A stretch of DNA of 64,000 nucleotides, from contig NEEC01000144.1 in the NCBI GenBank assembly GCA_002189035.1, positions 42,101 through 106,100 on the forward strand, given 5' to 3'. How positions within the stretch are numbered: the stretch's first letter is position 1; each line of letters opens with the position of its first letter. Source of the stretch: Utricularia gibba (Eukaryota; Plantae; Magnoliophyta). A program made the position numbers and the translations under genes. This document shows positions 51,101 through 64,000 of this stretch, piece by piece. A model generated the notes under the pieces. The model did not search any database. It was not told where the DNA came from and saw only the letters and a program-made list of their open reading frames with translations.

Positions 51101-54100
51101 AGTTAGGATGTCATGAGCACCCCAAATGGTTTTCTTGTCCACAAGCTTTATATTTGAGGAGGCGCTCTCGAGGGGCACTAGGATCGGGCCGGAGGTCGGT
51201 CGGCTCGGGCCCATAGTCATTTGTAGCCCGGCAAAAAAGTGATCCATTTATTAACGTTGGGTTTTCGGCAGCTGCCTACATGGTTTCTGAAGGAAAAGCT
51301 TGTCGTTTTTGGGTGGGTGCTTTGTTGGATTCATCCGGACCCAAGGTTCGGTTCGACTCCTGAGCCCAATGGGGTCCTATTCGACGAAAATCGTGATGCA
51401 TTTTTTGAAGTTAGGATGTCATGAGCACCCCAAATGGTTTTCTTGTCCACAAGCTTTATATTTGAGGAGGCGCTCTCGAGGGGCACCAGGATCGGGCCGG
51501 AGGTCAGGTCGGGCTCGGGCCCATAGTCATTTGTAGCCCGGCAAAAAAGTGATCCATTTATTAACGTTGGGTTTTCGGCAGCTGCCTACATGGTTTCTGA
51601 AGGAAAAGCTTGTCGTTTTTGGTGGGTGCTTTGTTGGGAATTCTCCGGACCCAAGGTTCGGTTCGACTCCTGAGCCCAATGGGTCCTATTCGACGAAAAT
51701 CGTGATGCATTTTTTGAAGTTAGGATGTCATGAGCACCCCAAATGGTTTTGTCCACAAGCTTTATATTTGAGGAGCGCTCTCGAGGGGCACCAGGATCGG
51801 GCCGGAGGTCGGTCGGGCTCGGCCCATAGTCATTTGTAGCCCGGCAAAAAAGTGATCCATTTATTAACGTTGGGTTTTCGGCAGCTGCCTACATGGTTTC
51901 TGAAGGAAAAGCTTGTCGTTTTTGGTGGGTGCTTTCGTTGGGAATTCATCCGGACCCAAGGTTCGGTTCGACTCCTGAGCCCAATGGGTCCTATTCGACG
52001 AAAATCGTGATGCATTTTTTGAAGTTAGGATGTCATGAGCACCCCAAATGGTTTTCTGTCCACAAGCTTTATTTGAGGAGGCGCTCTCGAGGGGCACTAG
52101 GATCGGGCGGAGTCAGGTCGGGCTCGGCCCATAGTCATTTGTAGCCCGGCAAAAAAAGTGATCCATTTATTAACGTTGGGTTTTCGGCAGCTGCCTACAT
52201 GGTTTCTGAAGGAAAAGCTTGTCGTTTTGGGTGGGTGCTTGTTGGAAATTCGTCCGGACCCAAGGTTCGGTTCGACTCCTGAGCCCAATCGGGTCCTATT
52301 CGACGAAAATCGTGATGCATTTTTTGAAGTTAGGATGTCATGAGCACCCCAAATGGTTTTCTGTCCACAAGCTTTATATTTGAGGAGGCGCTCTCGAGGG
52401 GCACCAGGATCGGGCCGGAGGTCGGGTCGGGCTCGGGCCCATAGTCATTTGTAGCCCGGCAAAAAAAGTGATCCATTTATTAACGTTGGGTTTTCGGCAG
52501 CTGCCTACATGGTTTCTGAAGGAAAAGCTTGTCGTTTTTGGGTGGGTGCTTTGTTGGGAATTCGTCCGGACCCAAGGTTCGGTTCGACTCCTGAGCCCAA
52601 TGGGTCCTATTCGACGAAAATCGTGATGCATTTTTTGAAGTTAGGATGTCATGAGCACCCCAAATGGTTTTCTTGTCCACAAGCTTTATATTTGAGGAGG
52701 CGCTCTCGAGGGGCACTAGGATCGGGCCGGAGGTCAGGTCGGGCTCGGCCCATAGTCATTTGTAGCCCGGCAAAAAAGTGATCCATTTATTAACGTTGGG
52801 TTTTCGGCACCTGCCTACATGGTTTCTGAAGGAAAAGCTTGTCGTTTTTGGGTGGGTGCTTTCGTTGGAATTCATCCGGACCCAAGGTTCGGTTCGACTC
52901 CTGAGCCCAAGGGTCCTATTCGACGAAAATCGTGATGCATTTTTTGAAGTTAGGATGTCATGAGCACCCCAAATGGTTTCTTGTCCACAAGCTTTATATT
53001 TGAGGAGGCGCTCTCGAGGGGCACTAGGATCGGGCCGGAGGTCAGGTCGGGCTCGGCCCATAGTCATTTGTAGCCCGGAAAAAAGTGATCCATTTATTAA
53101 CGTTGGGTTTTCGGCAGCTGCCTACATGTTTCTGAAGGAAAAGCTTGTCGTTTTTGGGTGGGTGCTTTCGTTGGGAAATTCATCCGGACCCAAGGTTCGG
53201 TTCGACTCCTGAGCCCAATGGGTCCTATTCGACGAAAATCGTGATGCATTTTTTGAAGTTAGGATGTCATGAGCACCCCAAATGGTTTTCTTGTCCACAA
53301 GCTTTATATTTGAGGAGGCGCTCTCGAGGGGCACCAGGATCGGGCCGGAGGTCAGGTCGGCTCGGCCCATAGTCATTTGTAGCCCGGCAAAAAATGTGAT
53401 CCATTTATTAACGTTGGGTTTTCGGCAGCTGCCTACATGGTTTCTGAAGGAAAAGCTTGTCGTTTTTGGGTGGTGCTGTTGTTCGGAAATTCGTCCGGAC
53501 CCAAGGTTCGGTTCGACTCCTGAGCCCAATCGGTCCTATTCGACGAAAATCGTGATGCATTTTTGAAGTTAGGATGTCATGAGCACCCCAAATGGTTTTC
53601 TCAACCACAGCTTTTTATTTGAGGAGGCGCTCTCGAGGGGCACTAGGATCGGGCCGGAGGTCATCGCTCGGGCCCATAGTCATTTGTAGCCCGGCAAAAA
53701 AAGTGATCCATTTATTAACGTTGGGTTTTCGGCAGCTGCCTACATGGTTTCTGAAGGAAAAGCTTGTCGTTTTTGGGTGGGTGCTTTTGTTGGAATTCAT
53801 CCGGACCCAAGGTTCGGTTCGACTCCTGAGCCCAATGGGGTCCTATTCGACGAAAATCGTGATGCATTTTTGAAGTTAGGATGTCATGAGCACCCCAAAT
53901 GGTTTTCTTGTCCACAAGCTTTATATTTGAGGAGGCGCTCTCGAGGGGCACTAGGATCGGGCCGGAGGTCAGGTCGGGCTCGGCCCATAGTCATTTGTAG
54001 CCCGGCAAAAAAAGTGATCCATTTATTAACGTTGGGTTTTCGGCAGCTGCCTACATGGTTTCTGAAGGAAAAGCTTGTCGTTTTTGGGTGGGTGCTTTGT

Positions 54101-57100
54101 TGGGAAATTCGTCCGGACCCAAGGTTCGGTTCGACTCCTGAGCCCAATGGGGTCCTATTCGACGAAAATCGTGATGCATTTTTTGAAGTTAGGATGTCAT
54201 GAGCACCCCAAATGGTTTTCTTGTCCACAAGCTTTATATTTGAGGAGGCGCTCTCGAGGGGCACCAGGATCGGGCCGGAGGTCAGGTCGGGCTCGGCCCA
54301 TAGTCATTTGTAGCCCGGCAAAAAAAGTGATCCATTTATTAACGTTGGGTTTTCGGCAGCTGCCTACATGGTTTCTGAAGGAAAAGCTTGTCGTTTTTGG
54401 GTGGGTGCTTTGTTGGGAATTCGTCCGGACCCAAGGTTCGGTTCGACTCCTGAGCCCAATGGGTCCTATTCGACGAAAATCGTGATGCATTTTTTTGAAG
54501 TTAGGATGTCATGAGCACCCCAAATGGTTTTCTTGTCCACAAGCTTTATATTTGAGGAGGCGCTCTCGAGGGGCACCAGGATCGGGCCGGAGGTCGGGTC
54601 GGGCTCGGCCCATAGTCATTTGTAGCCCGGCAAAAAAAGTGATCCATTTATTAACGTTGGGTTTTCGGCAGCTGCCTACATTGTTTCTGAAGGAAAAGCT
54701 TGTCGTTTTTGGGTGGGTGCTTTGTTGGGAATTCATCCGGACCCAAGGTTCGGTTCGACTCCTGAGCCCAATGGGGTCCTATTCGACGAAAATCGTGATG
54801 CATTTTTTGAAGTTAGGATGTCATGAGCACCCCAAATGGTTTTCTTGTCCACAAGCTTTATATTTGAGGAGGCGCTCTCGAGGGGCACCAGGATCGGGCC
54901 GGAGGTCAGGTCGGCTCGGCCCATAGTCATTTGTAGCCCGGCAAAAAAGTGATCCATTTATTAACGTTGGGTTTTCGGCACCTGCCTACATGGTTTCTGA
55001 AGGAAAAGCTTGTCGTTTTTGGTGGGTGCTTTGTTGGGAAATTCGTCCGGACCCAAGGTTCGGTTCGACTCCTGAGCCCAATCGGGTCCTATTCGACGAA
55101 AATCGTGATGCATTTTTGAAGTTAGGATGTCATGAGCACCCCAAATGGTTTCTCTCCACAAGCTTTATATTTGAGGAGGCGCTCTCGAGGGGCACTAGGA
55201 TCGGGCCGGAGGTCGGTCGGGCTCGGGCCCATAGTCATTTGTAGCCCGGCAAAAAAGTGATCCATTTATTAACGTTGGGTTTTCGGCAGCTGCCTACATG
55301 GTTTCTGAAGGAAAAGCTTGTCGTTTTTGGGTGGTGCTTTGTTGGAATTCATCCGGACCCAAGGTTCGGTTCGACTCCTGAGCCCAATGGGGTCCTATTC
55401 GACGAAAATCGTGATGCATTTTTTGAAGTTAGGATGTCATGAGCACCCCAAATGGTTTTCTTGTCCACAAGCTTTATATTTGAGGAGGCGCTCTCGAGGG
55501 GCACCAGGATCGGCCGGAGGTCAGGTCGGGCTCGGCCCATAGTCATTTGTAGCCCGGCAAAAAAGTGATCCATTTATTAACGTTGGGTTTTCGGCACCTG
55601 CCTACATGGTTTCTGAAGGAAAAGCTTGTCGTTTTTGGGTGGGTGCTTTGTTGGGAATTCATCCGGACCCAAGGTTCGGTTCGACTCCTGAGCCCAATCG
55701 GGTCCTATTCGACGAAAATCGTGATGCATTTTTTGAAGTTAGGATGTCATGAGCACCCCAAATGGTTTTTTGTCCACAAGCTTTATATTTGAGGAGGCGC
55801 TCTCGAGGGGCACTAGGATCGGGCCGGAGGTCAGGTCGGGCTCGGCCCATAGTCATTTGTAGCCCGGCAAAAAAAGTGATCCATTTATTAACGTTGGGTT
55901 TTCGGCAGCTGCCTACATTGTTTCTGAAGGAAAAGCTTGTCGTTTTTGGGTGGGTGCTTTCGTTGGGAATTCATCCGGACCCAAGGTTCGGTTCGACTCC
56001 TGAGCCCAATGGGTCCTATTCGACGAAAATCGTGATGCATTTTTTGAAGTTAGGATGTCATGAGCACCCCAAATGGTTTTCTTGTCCACAAGCTTTATTT
56101 GAGGAGCGCTCTCGAGGGGCACCAGGATCGGCCGGAGGTCGGGTCGCTCGGCCCATAGTCATTTGTAGCCCGGCAAAAAAAGTGATCCATTTTAACGTTG
56201 GGTTTTCGGCAGCTGCCTACATGTTTCTGAAGGAAAAGCTTGTCGTTTTTGGTGGTGCTTGTTGTTCGGAAATTCGTCCGGACCCAAGGTTCGGTTCGAC
56301 TCCTGAGCCCAATCGGGTCCTATTCGACGAAAATCGTGATGCATTTTTTGAAGTTAGGATGTCATGAGCACCCCAAATGGTTTTTCAACCACAGCTTTTT
56401 ATTTGAGGAGGCGCTCTCGAGGGCACTAGGATCGGGCCGGAGGTCAGTCGGCTCGGGCCCATAGTCATTTGTAGCCCGGCAAAAAAAAGTGATCCATTTA
56501 TTAACGTTGGTTTTCGGCAGCTGCCTACATGGTTTCTGAAGGAAAAGCTTGTCGTTTTTGGGTGGGTGCTTTTGTTGGAATTCGTCCGGACCCAAGGTTC
56601 GGTTCGACTCCTGAGCCCAATCGGGTCCTATTCGACGAAAATCGTGATGCATTTTTTGAAGTTAGGATGTCATGAGCACCCCAAATGGTTTCTTGTCCAC
56701 AAGCTTTATATTTGAGGAGGCGCTCTCGAGGGGCACCAGGATCGGGCCGGAGGTCAGGTCGGGCTCGGCCCATAGTCATTTGTAGCCCGGCAAAAAAGTG
56801 ATCCATTTATTAACGTTGGGTTTTCGGCACCTGCCTACATGTTTCTGAAGGAAAAGCTTGTCGTTTTTGGGTGGGTGCTTTCGTTGGAAGTTCATCCGGA
56901 CCCAAGGTTCGGTTCGACTCCTGAGCCCAATGGGTCCTATTCGACGAAAATCGTGATGCATTTTTTGAAGTTAGGATGTCATGAGCACCCCAAATGGTTT
57001 CTTGTCCACAAGCTTTATATTTGAGGAGGCGCTCTCGAGGGGCACCAGGATCGGGCCGGAGGTCAGGTCGGGCTCGGCCCATAGTCATTTGTAGCCCGGC

Positions 57101-60100
57101 AAAAAAGTGATCCATTTATTAACGTTGGGTTTTCGGCAGCTGCCTACATTGTTTCTGAAGGAAAAGCTTGTCGTTTTTGGGTGGGTGCTTTCGTTGGGAA
57201 TTCATCCGGACCCAAGGTTCGGTTCGACTCCTGAGCCCAATGGGGTCCTATTCGACGAAAATCGTGATGCATTTTTTTGAAGTTAGGATGTCATGAGCAC
57301 CCCAAATGGTTTTCTTGTCCACAAGCTTTATATTTGAGGAGGCGCTCTCGAGGGGCACCAGGATCGGGCCGGAGGTCAGGTCGGGCTCGGCCCATAGTCA
57401 TTTGTAGCCCGGCAAAAAAGTGATCCATTTATTAACGTTGGGTTTTCGGCAGCTGCCTACATGGTTTCTGAAGGAAAAGCTTGTCGTTTTTGGGTGGTGC
57501 TTTGTTGGGAAATTCGTCCGGACCCAAGGTTCGGTTCGACTCCTGAGCCCAATCGGGTCCTATTCGACGAAAATCGTGATGCATTTTTGAAGTTAGGATG
57601 TCATGAGCACCCCAAATGGTTTTCTCCACAAGCTTTATATTTGAGGAGGCGCTCTCGAGGGGCACCAGGATCGGGCCGGAGTCGGTCGGGCTCGGGCCCA
57701 TAGTCATTTGTAGCCCGGCAAAAAAGTGATCCATTTATTAACGTTGGGTTTTCGGCAGCTGCCTACATGGTTTCTGAAGGAAAAGCTTGTCGTTTTTGGG
57801 TGGGTGCTGTTGGGAAATTCGTCCGGACCCAAGGTTCGGTTCGACTCCTGAGCCCAATGGGTCCTATTCGACGAAAATCGTGATGCATTTTTTGAAGTTA
57901 GGATGTCATGAGCACCCCAAATGGTTTTCTTGTCCACAAGCTTTATATTTGAGGAGGCGCTCTCGAGGGGCACTAGGATCGGGCCGGAGGTCGGGTCGAA
58001 CTCGGGCCCATAGTCATTTGTAGCCCGGCAAAAAAAGTGATCCATTTATTAACGTTGGGTTTTCGGCAGCTGCCTACATTGTTTCTGAAGGAAAAGCTTG
58101 TCGTTTTTGGTGGGTGCTTTCGTTGGAATTCATCCGGACCCAAGGTTCGGTTCGACTCCTGAGCCCAATGGGGTCCTATTCGACGAAAATCGTGATGCAT
58201 TTTTTGAAGTTAGGATGTCATGAGCACCCCAAATGGTTTTCTTGTCCACAAGCTTTATATTTGAGGAGGCGCTCTCGAGGGGCACCAGGATCGGCCGGAG
58301 GTCGGTCGGCTCGGCCCCATAGTCATTTGTAGCCCGGCAAAAAAGTGATCCATTTATTAACGTTGGGTTTTCGGCACCTGCCTACATGGTTTCTGAAGGA
58401 AAAGCTTGTCGTTTTTGGGTGGGTGCTTTGTTGGGAATTCGTCCGGACCCAAGGTTCGGTTCGACTCCTGAGCCCAATCGGTCCTATTCGACGAAAATCG
58501 TGATGCATTTTTGAAGTTAGGATGTCATGAGCACCCCAAATGGTTTTCTCAACCACAAGCTTTATATTTGAGGAGGCGCTCTCGAGGGGCACTAGGATCG
58601 GGCCGGAGGTCTCGCTCGGGCCCATAGTCATTTGTAGCCCGGCAAAAAAAGTGATCCATTTATTAACGTTGGGTTTTCGGCAGCTGCCTACATGGTTTCT
58701 GAAGGAAAAGCTTGTCGTTTTTGGGTGGGTGCTTTTGTTGGAAATTCATCCGGACCCAAGGTTCGGTTCGACTCCTGAGCCCAATGGGTCCTATTCGACG
58801 AAAATCGTGATGCATTTTTTGAAGTTAGGATGTCATGAGCACCCCAAATGGTTTTCTTGTCCACAAGCTTTATATTTGAGGAGGCGCTCTCGAGGGGCAC
58901 TAGGATCGGGCCGGAGGTCGGTCGGGCTCGGCCCATAGTCATTTGTAGCCCGGCAAAAAAAGTGATCCATTTATTAACGTTGGGTTTTCGGCAGCTGCCT
59001 ACATGGTTTCTGAAGGAAAAGCTTGTCGTTTTTGGGTGGGTGCTTTGTTGGGAAATTCGTCCGGACCCAAGGTTCGGTTCGACTCCTGAGCCCAATGGGT
59101 CCTATTCGACGAAAATCGTGATGCATTTTTTGAAGTTAGGATGTCATGAGCACCCCAAATGGTTTTCTTGTCCACAAGCTTTATATTTGAGGAGGCGCTC
59201 TCGAGGGGCACCAGGATCGGGCCGGAGGTCAGGTCGGGCTCGGCCCATAGTCATTTGTAGCCCGGCAAAAAAGTGATCCATTTATTAACGTTGGGTTTTC
59301 GGCAGCTGCCTACATGGTTTCTGAAGGAAAAGCTTGTCGTTTTTGGGTGGGTGCTGTTGTTGGAATTCGTCCGGACCCAAGGTTCGGTTCGACTCCTGAG
59401 CCCAATGGGGTCCTATTCGACGAAAATCGTGATGCATTTTTGAAGTTAGGATGTCATGAGCACCCCAAATGGTTTTCTTGTCCACAAGCTTTATATTTGA
59501 GGAGGCGCTCTCGAGGGGCACTAGGATCGGGCCGGAGGTCGGGTCGGCTCGGGCCCATAGTCATTTGTAGCCCGGCAAAAAAAGTGATCCATTTATTAAC
59601 GTTGGGTTTTCGGCAGCTGCCTACATGGTTTCTGAAGGAAAAGCTTGTCGTTTTTGGGTGGGTGCTGTTGTTGGAAATTCGTCCGGACCCAAGGTTCGGT
59701 TCGACTCCTGAGCCCAATCGGGTCCTATTCGACGAAAATCGTGATGCATTTTTTGAAGTTAGGATGTCATGAGCACCCCAAATGGTTTTCTCATCCACAA
59801 GCTTTATATTTGAGGAGGCGCTCTCGAGGGGCACTAGGATCGGGCCGGAGGTCGGTCGGCTCGGCCCATAGTCATTTGTAGCCCGGCAAAAAAAGTGATC
59901 CATTTATTAACGTTGGGTTTTCGGCAGCTGCCTACATGGTTTCTGAAGGAAAAGCTTGTCGTTTTTGGGTGGTGCTTTTGTTGGGAATTCATCCGGACCC
60001 AAGGTTCGGTTCGACTCCTGAGCCCAATGGGTCCTATTCGACGAAAATCGTGATGCATTTTTGAAGTTAGGATGTCATGAGCACCCCAAATGGTTTTCTT

Positions 60101-63100
60101 CCACAAGCTTTATATTTGAGGAGGCGCTCTCGAGGGGCACCAGGATCGGGCCGGAGGTCAGGTCGGGCTCGGCCCATAGTCATTTGTAGCCCGGCAAAAA
60201 AGTGATCCATTTATTAACGTTGGGTTTTCGGCAGCTGCCTACATGGTTTCTGAAGGAAAAGCTTGTCGTTTTTGGGTGGGTGCTGTTGTTGGGAAATTCG
60301 TCCGGACCCAAGGTTCGGTTCGACTCCTGAGCCCAATGGGGTCCTATTCGACGAAAATCGTGATGCATTTTTTGAAGTTAGGATGTCATGAGCACCCCAA
60401 ATGGTTTTCTTGTCCACAAGCTTTATATTTGAGGAGGCGCTCTCGAGGGGCACAGGATCGGGCCGGAGGTCAGGTCGGGCTCGGCCCATAGTCATTTGTA
60501 GCCCGGCAAAAAAAGTGATCCATTTTATTAACGTTGGGTTTTCGGCAGCTGCCTACATGGTTTGAAGGAAAAGCTTGTCGTTTTTGGTGGGTGCTTTGTT
60601 GGGAATTCGTCCGGACCCAAGGTTCGGTTCGACTCCTGAGCCCAATGGGTCCTATTCGACGAAAATCGTGATGCATTTTTTTGAAGTTAGGATGTCATGA
60701 GCACCCCAAATGGTTTTCTTGTCCACAAGCTTTATATTTGAGGAGGCGCTCTCGAGGGGCACTAGGATCGGGCCGGAGGTCGGTCGGCTCGGCCCATAGT
60801 CATTTGTAGCCCGGCAAAAAAAGTGATCCATTTATTAACGTTGGGTTTTCGGCAGCTGCCTACATGGTTTCTGAAGGAAAAGCTTGTCGTTTTTGGTGGG
60901 TGCTTTTGTTGGGAATTCATCCGGACCCAAGGTTCGGTTCGACTCCTGAGCCCAAGGGTCCTATTCGACGAAAATCGTGATGCATTTTTTGAAGTTAGGA
61001 TGTCATGAGCACCCCAAATGGTTTTCTTGTCCACAAGCTTTATATTTGAGGAGGCGCTCTCGAGGGGCACAGGATCGGGCCGGAGGTCAGGTCGGGCTCG
61101 GCCCCATAGTCATTTGTAGCCCGGCAAAAAAGTGATCCATTTATTAACGTTGGGTTTTCGGCAGCTGCCTACATGGTTTCTGAAGGAAAAGCTTGTCGTT
61201 TTTTGGGTGGTGCTTTGTTGGGAAGTTCGTCCGGACCCAAGGTTCGTTCGACTCCTGAGCCCAATGGGTCCTATTCGACGAAAATCGTGATGCATTTTTG
61301 AAGTTAGGATGTCATGAGCACCCCAAATGGTTTTCTTGTCCACAAGCTTTATATTTGGCTCTCGAGGGCACTAGGATCGGGCCGGAGTCAGGTCGGGCTC
61401 GGCCCATAGTCATTTGTAGCCCGGCAAAAAAAGTGATCCATTTATTAACGTTGGGTTTTCGGCAGCTGCCTACATGGTTTCTGAAGGAAAAGCTTGTCGT
61501 TTTGGGTGGGTGCTTTCGTTGGGAAGTTCATCCGGACCCAAGGTTCTGTTCGACTCCTGAGCCCAATGGGGTCCTATTCGACGAAAATCGTGATGCATTT
61601 TTTGAAGTTAGGATGTCATGAGCACCCCAAATGGTTTTCTTGTCCACAAGCTATATTTGAGGAGGCGCTCTCGAGGGGCACCAGGATCGGGCCGGAGGTC
61701 GGTCGGGCTCGGCCCATAGTCATTTGTAGCCCGGCAAAAAATGTGATCCATTTATTAACGTTGGGTTTTCGGCACCTGCCTACATGGTTTCTGAAGGAAA
61801 AGCTTGTCGTTTTTGGGTGGGTGCTTTGTTGGAAATTCGTCCGGACCCAAGGTTCGGTTCGACTCCTGAGCCCAATCGGGTCCTATTCGACGAAAATCGT
61901 GATGCATTTTTTGAAGTTAGGATGTCATGAGCACCCCAAATGGTTTTCTCAACCACAAGCTTTTTTATTTGAGGAGGCGCTCTCGAGGGGCACTAGGATC
62001 GGGCCGGAGGTCAGGTCGCTCGGCCCATAGTCATTTGTAGCCCGGCAAAAAAAGTGATCCATTTATTAACGTTGGGTTTTCGGCAGCTGCCTACATGGTT
62101 TCTGAAGGAAAAGCTTGTCGTTTTTGGGTGGGTGCTTTTTGTTGGAAATTCATCCGGACCCAAGGTTCGGTTCGACTCCTGAGCCCAATGGGGTCCTATT
62201 CGACGAAAATCGTGATGCATTTTTTGAAGTTAGGATGTCATGAGCACCCCAAATGGTTTTCTTGTCCACAAGCTTTATATTTGAGGAGGCGCTCTCGAGG
62301 GGCACCAGGATCGGGCCGGAGGTCGGTCGGGCTCGGCCCATAGTCATTTGTAGCCCGGCAAAAAAGTGATCCATTTATTAACGTTGGGTTTTCGGCAGCT
62401 GCCTACATGGTTTCTGAAGGAAAAGCTTGTCGTTTTTGGGTGGTGCTTTGTTGGGAATTCGTCCGGACCCAAGGTTCGGTTCGACTCCTGAGCCCAATGG
62501 GTCCTATTCGACGAAAATCGTGATGCATTTTTTGAAGTTAGGATGTCATGAGCACCCCAAATGGTTTTCTTGTCCACAAGCTTTATATTTGAGGAGGCGC
62601 TCTCGAGGGCACTAGGATCGGCCGGAGGTCGGTCGGGCTCGGCCCATAGTCATTTGTAGCCCGGCAAAAAAGTGATCCATTTATTAACGTTGGGTTTTCG
62701 GCAGCTGCCTACATTGTTTCTGAAGGAAAAGCTTGTCGTTTTTGGGTGGGTGCTTTGTTGGGAATTCATCCGGACCCAAGGTTCGGTTCGACTCCTGAGC
62801 CCAATCGGGTCCTATTCGACGAAAATCGTGATGCATTTTTGAAGTTAGGATGTCATGAGCACCCCAAATGGTTTTCTTGTCCACAAGCTTTATATTTGAG
62901 GAGGCGCTCTCGAGGGCACCAGGATCGGGCCGGAGGTCAGGTCGGGCTCGGCCCATAGTCATTTGTAGCCCGGCAAAAAAGTGATCCATTTATTAACGTT
63001 GGGTTTTCGGCAGCTGCCTACATGGTTTCTGAAGGAAAAGCTTGTCGTTTTGGGTGGGTGCTTTGTTGGAAATTCGTCCGGACCCAAGGTTCGGTTCGAC

Positions 63101-64000
63101 TCCTGAGCCCAATCGGGTCCTATTCGACGAAAATCGTGATGCATTTTTGAAGTTAGGATGTCATGAGCACCCCAAATGGTTTCTCATCCACAAGCTTTAT
63201 ATTTGAGGAGGCGCTCTCGAGGGCACCAGGATCGGGCCGGAGGTCGGGTCGGGCTCGGGCCCATAGTCATTTGTAGCCCGGCAAAAAAGTGATCCATTTA
63301 TTAACGTTGGGTTTTCGGCAGCTGCCTACATGGTTTCTGAAGGAAAAGCTTGTCGTTTTTGGGTGGGTGCTTTCGTTGGAAGTTCATCCGGACCCAAGGT
63401 TCGGTTCGACTCCTGAGCCCAATCGGGTCCTATTCGACGAAAATCGTGATGCATTTTTTGAAGTTAGGATGTCATGAGCACCCCAAATGGTTTTCTTGTC
63501 CACAAGCTTTATATTTGAGGAGGCGCTCTCGAGGGGCACAGGATCGGGCCGGAGGTCGGTCGGCTCGGCCCATAGTCATTTGTAGCCCGGCAAAAAAAGT
63601 GATCCATTTATTAACGTTGGGTTTTCGGCAGCTGCCTACATGTTTCTGAAGGAAAAGCTTGTCGTTTTTGGGTGGGTGCTTTCGTTGGGAAGTTCGTCCG
63701 GACCCAAGGTTCGGTTCGACTCCTGAGCCCAATGGGTCCTATTCGACGAAAATCGTGATGCATTTTTGAAGTTAGGATGTCATGAGCACCCCAAATGGTT
63801 TTCTTTCCACAAGCTTTATATTTGAGGAGGCGCTCTCGAGGGGCACTAGGATCGGGCCGGAGGTCAGGTCGGGCTCGGCCCATAGTCATTTGTAGCCCGG
63901 CAAAAAAAGTGATCCATTTATTAACGTTGGGTTTTCGGCACCTGCCTACATTGTTTCTGAAGGAAAAGCTTGTCGTTTTTGGGTGGGTGCTCGTTGGGAA
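48136..64000. repeat. Homogenised domain dominated by one monomer haplotype, punctuated every ~4-5 monomers by an aatcggg-type monomer
   Basis: The dominant haplotype is aatggg(g) / ttgtccacaagctttatat / ggatcggg / caggtcgggctc. I saw no ggatctgg variant, no 25-bp deletion and no intact ClaI site here; gtcgaactc appears only near 57997. Confidence 0.7.

Larger units (their letters stand above)
1..64000. repeat. Tandem satellite DNA array, ~310-bp monomer, ~207 head-to-tail copies in one orientation, running off both window ends
   Basis: The anchor gtcatttgtagccc|ggcaaaaaaagtgatccatttattaacgttgggttttcggcagctgcc recurs throughout. Monomer starts at 1, 310, 623, 932, 1244, 1553, 1858, 2166, 2475, 2785, 3095 ... 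63899 (last, partial). No unique sequence is interspersed. Confidence 0.99.

Noticed and set aside
23-63889. Hundreds of 60-239-aa ORFs on both strands (e.g. 40620-41339, 47843-48556, 3179-3865)
   Set aside because: All are permutations of the same repeat-derived peptides (KLGCHEHPKWF, WGAHDILTSK, MHHDFRRIG). Their lengths depend on chance indels, and they resemble no protein family I recognise.
1-64000. CRISPR array (conserved blocks alternating with variable blocks)
   Set aside because: The variable parts are alleles of one sequence rather than unique spacers, the period is ~310 bp, and there are no cas genes or leader.
1-64000. 5S rDNA or other RNA-gene tandem array
   Set aside because: No recognisable 5S, 45S, snRNA or spliced-leader sequence in the unit.

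Overview
The whole 64-kb window is one uninterrupted head-to-tail tandem satellite array, in a single orientation, of a ~310-bp monomer. There are about 207 copies; measured lengths are mostly 305-313 bp, and a hand-built consensus with full homopolymers is ~315 bp, ~50% GC and ~58% G+T on the + strand. I find no genes, RNA genes, transposon insertions, inversions or CRISPR; all listed ORFs are out-of-frame translations of the repeat. The informative signal is inside the repeat. (1) The monomer is an ancient dimer of two diverged ~155-158-bp subunits. (2) Variant monomers form successive higher-order-repeat (HOR) domains: 10/8-mer at ~1-11 kb, irregular with a local 3-mer at ~11-28 kb, 9-mer at ~30-47.5 kb, and a homogenised 4/5-mer-punctuated domain at ~48-64 kb. 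(3) Most monomers carry an exact Pol III B-box (GGTTCGACTCC) with no recognisable A-box, and a recurrent 25-bp microhomology-flanked deletion removes it in 9 monomers. (4) Polymorphisms look like CG and CHG deamination, suggesting methylated, probably plant, heterochromatin. I cannot name the species or satellite family. Frequent homopolymer indels suggest unpolished long-read sequence, so single-copy variants are unreliable. No novel coding system is supported.
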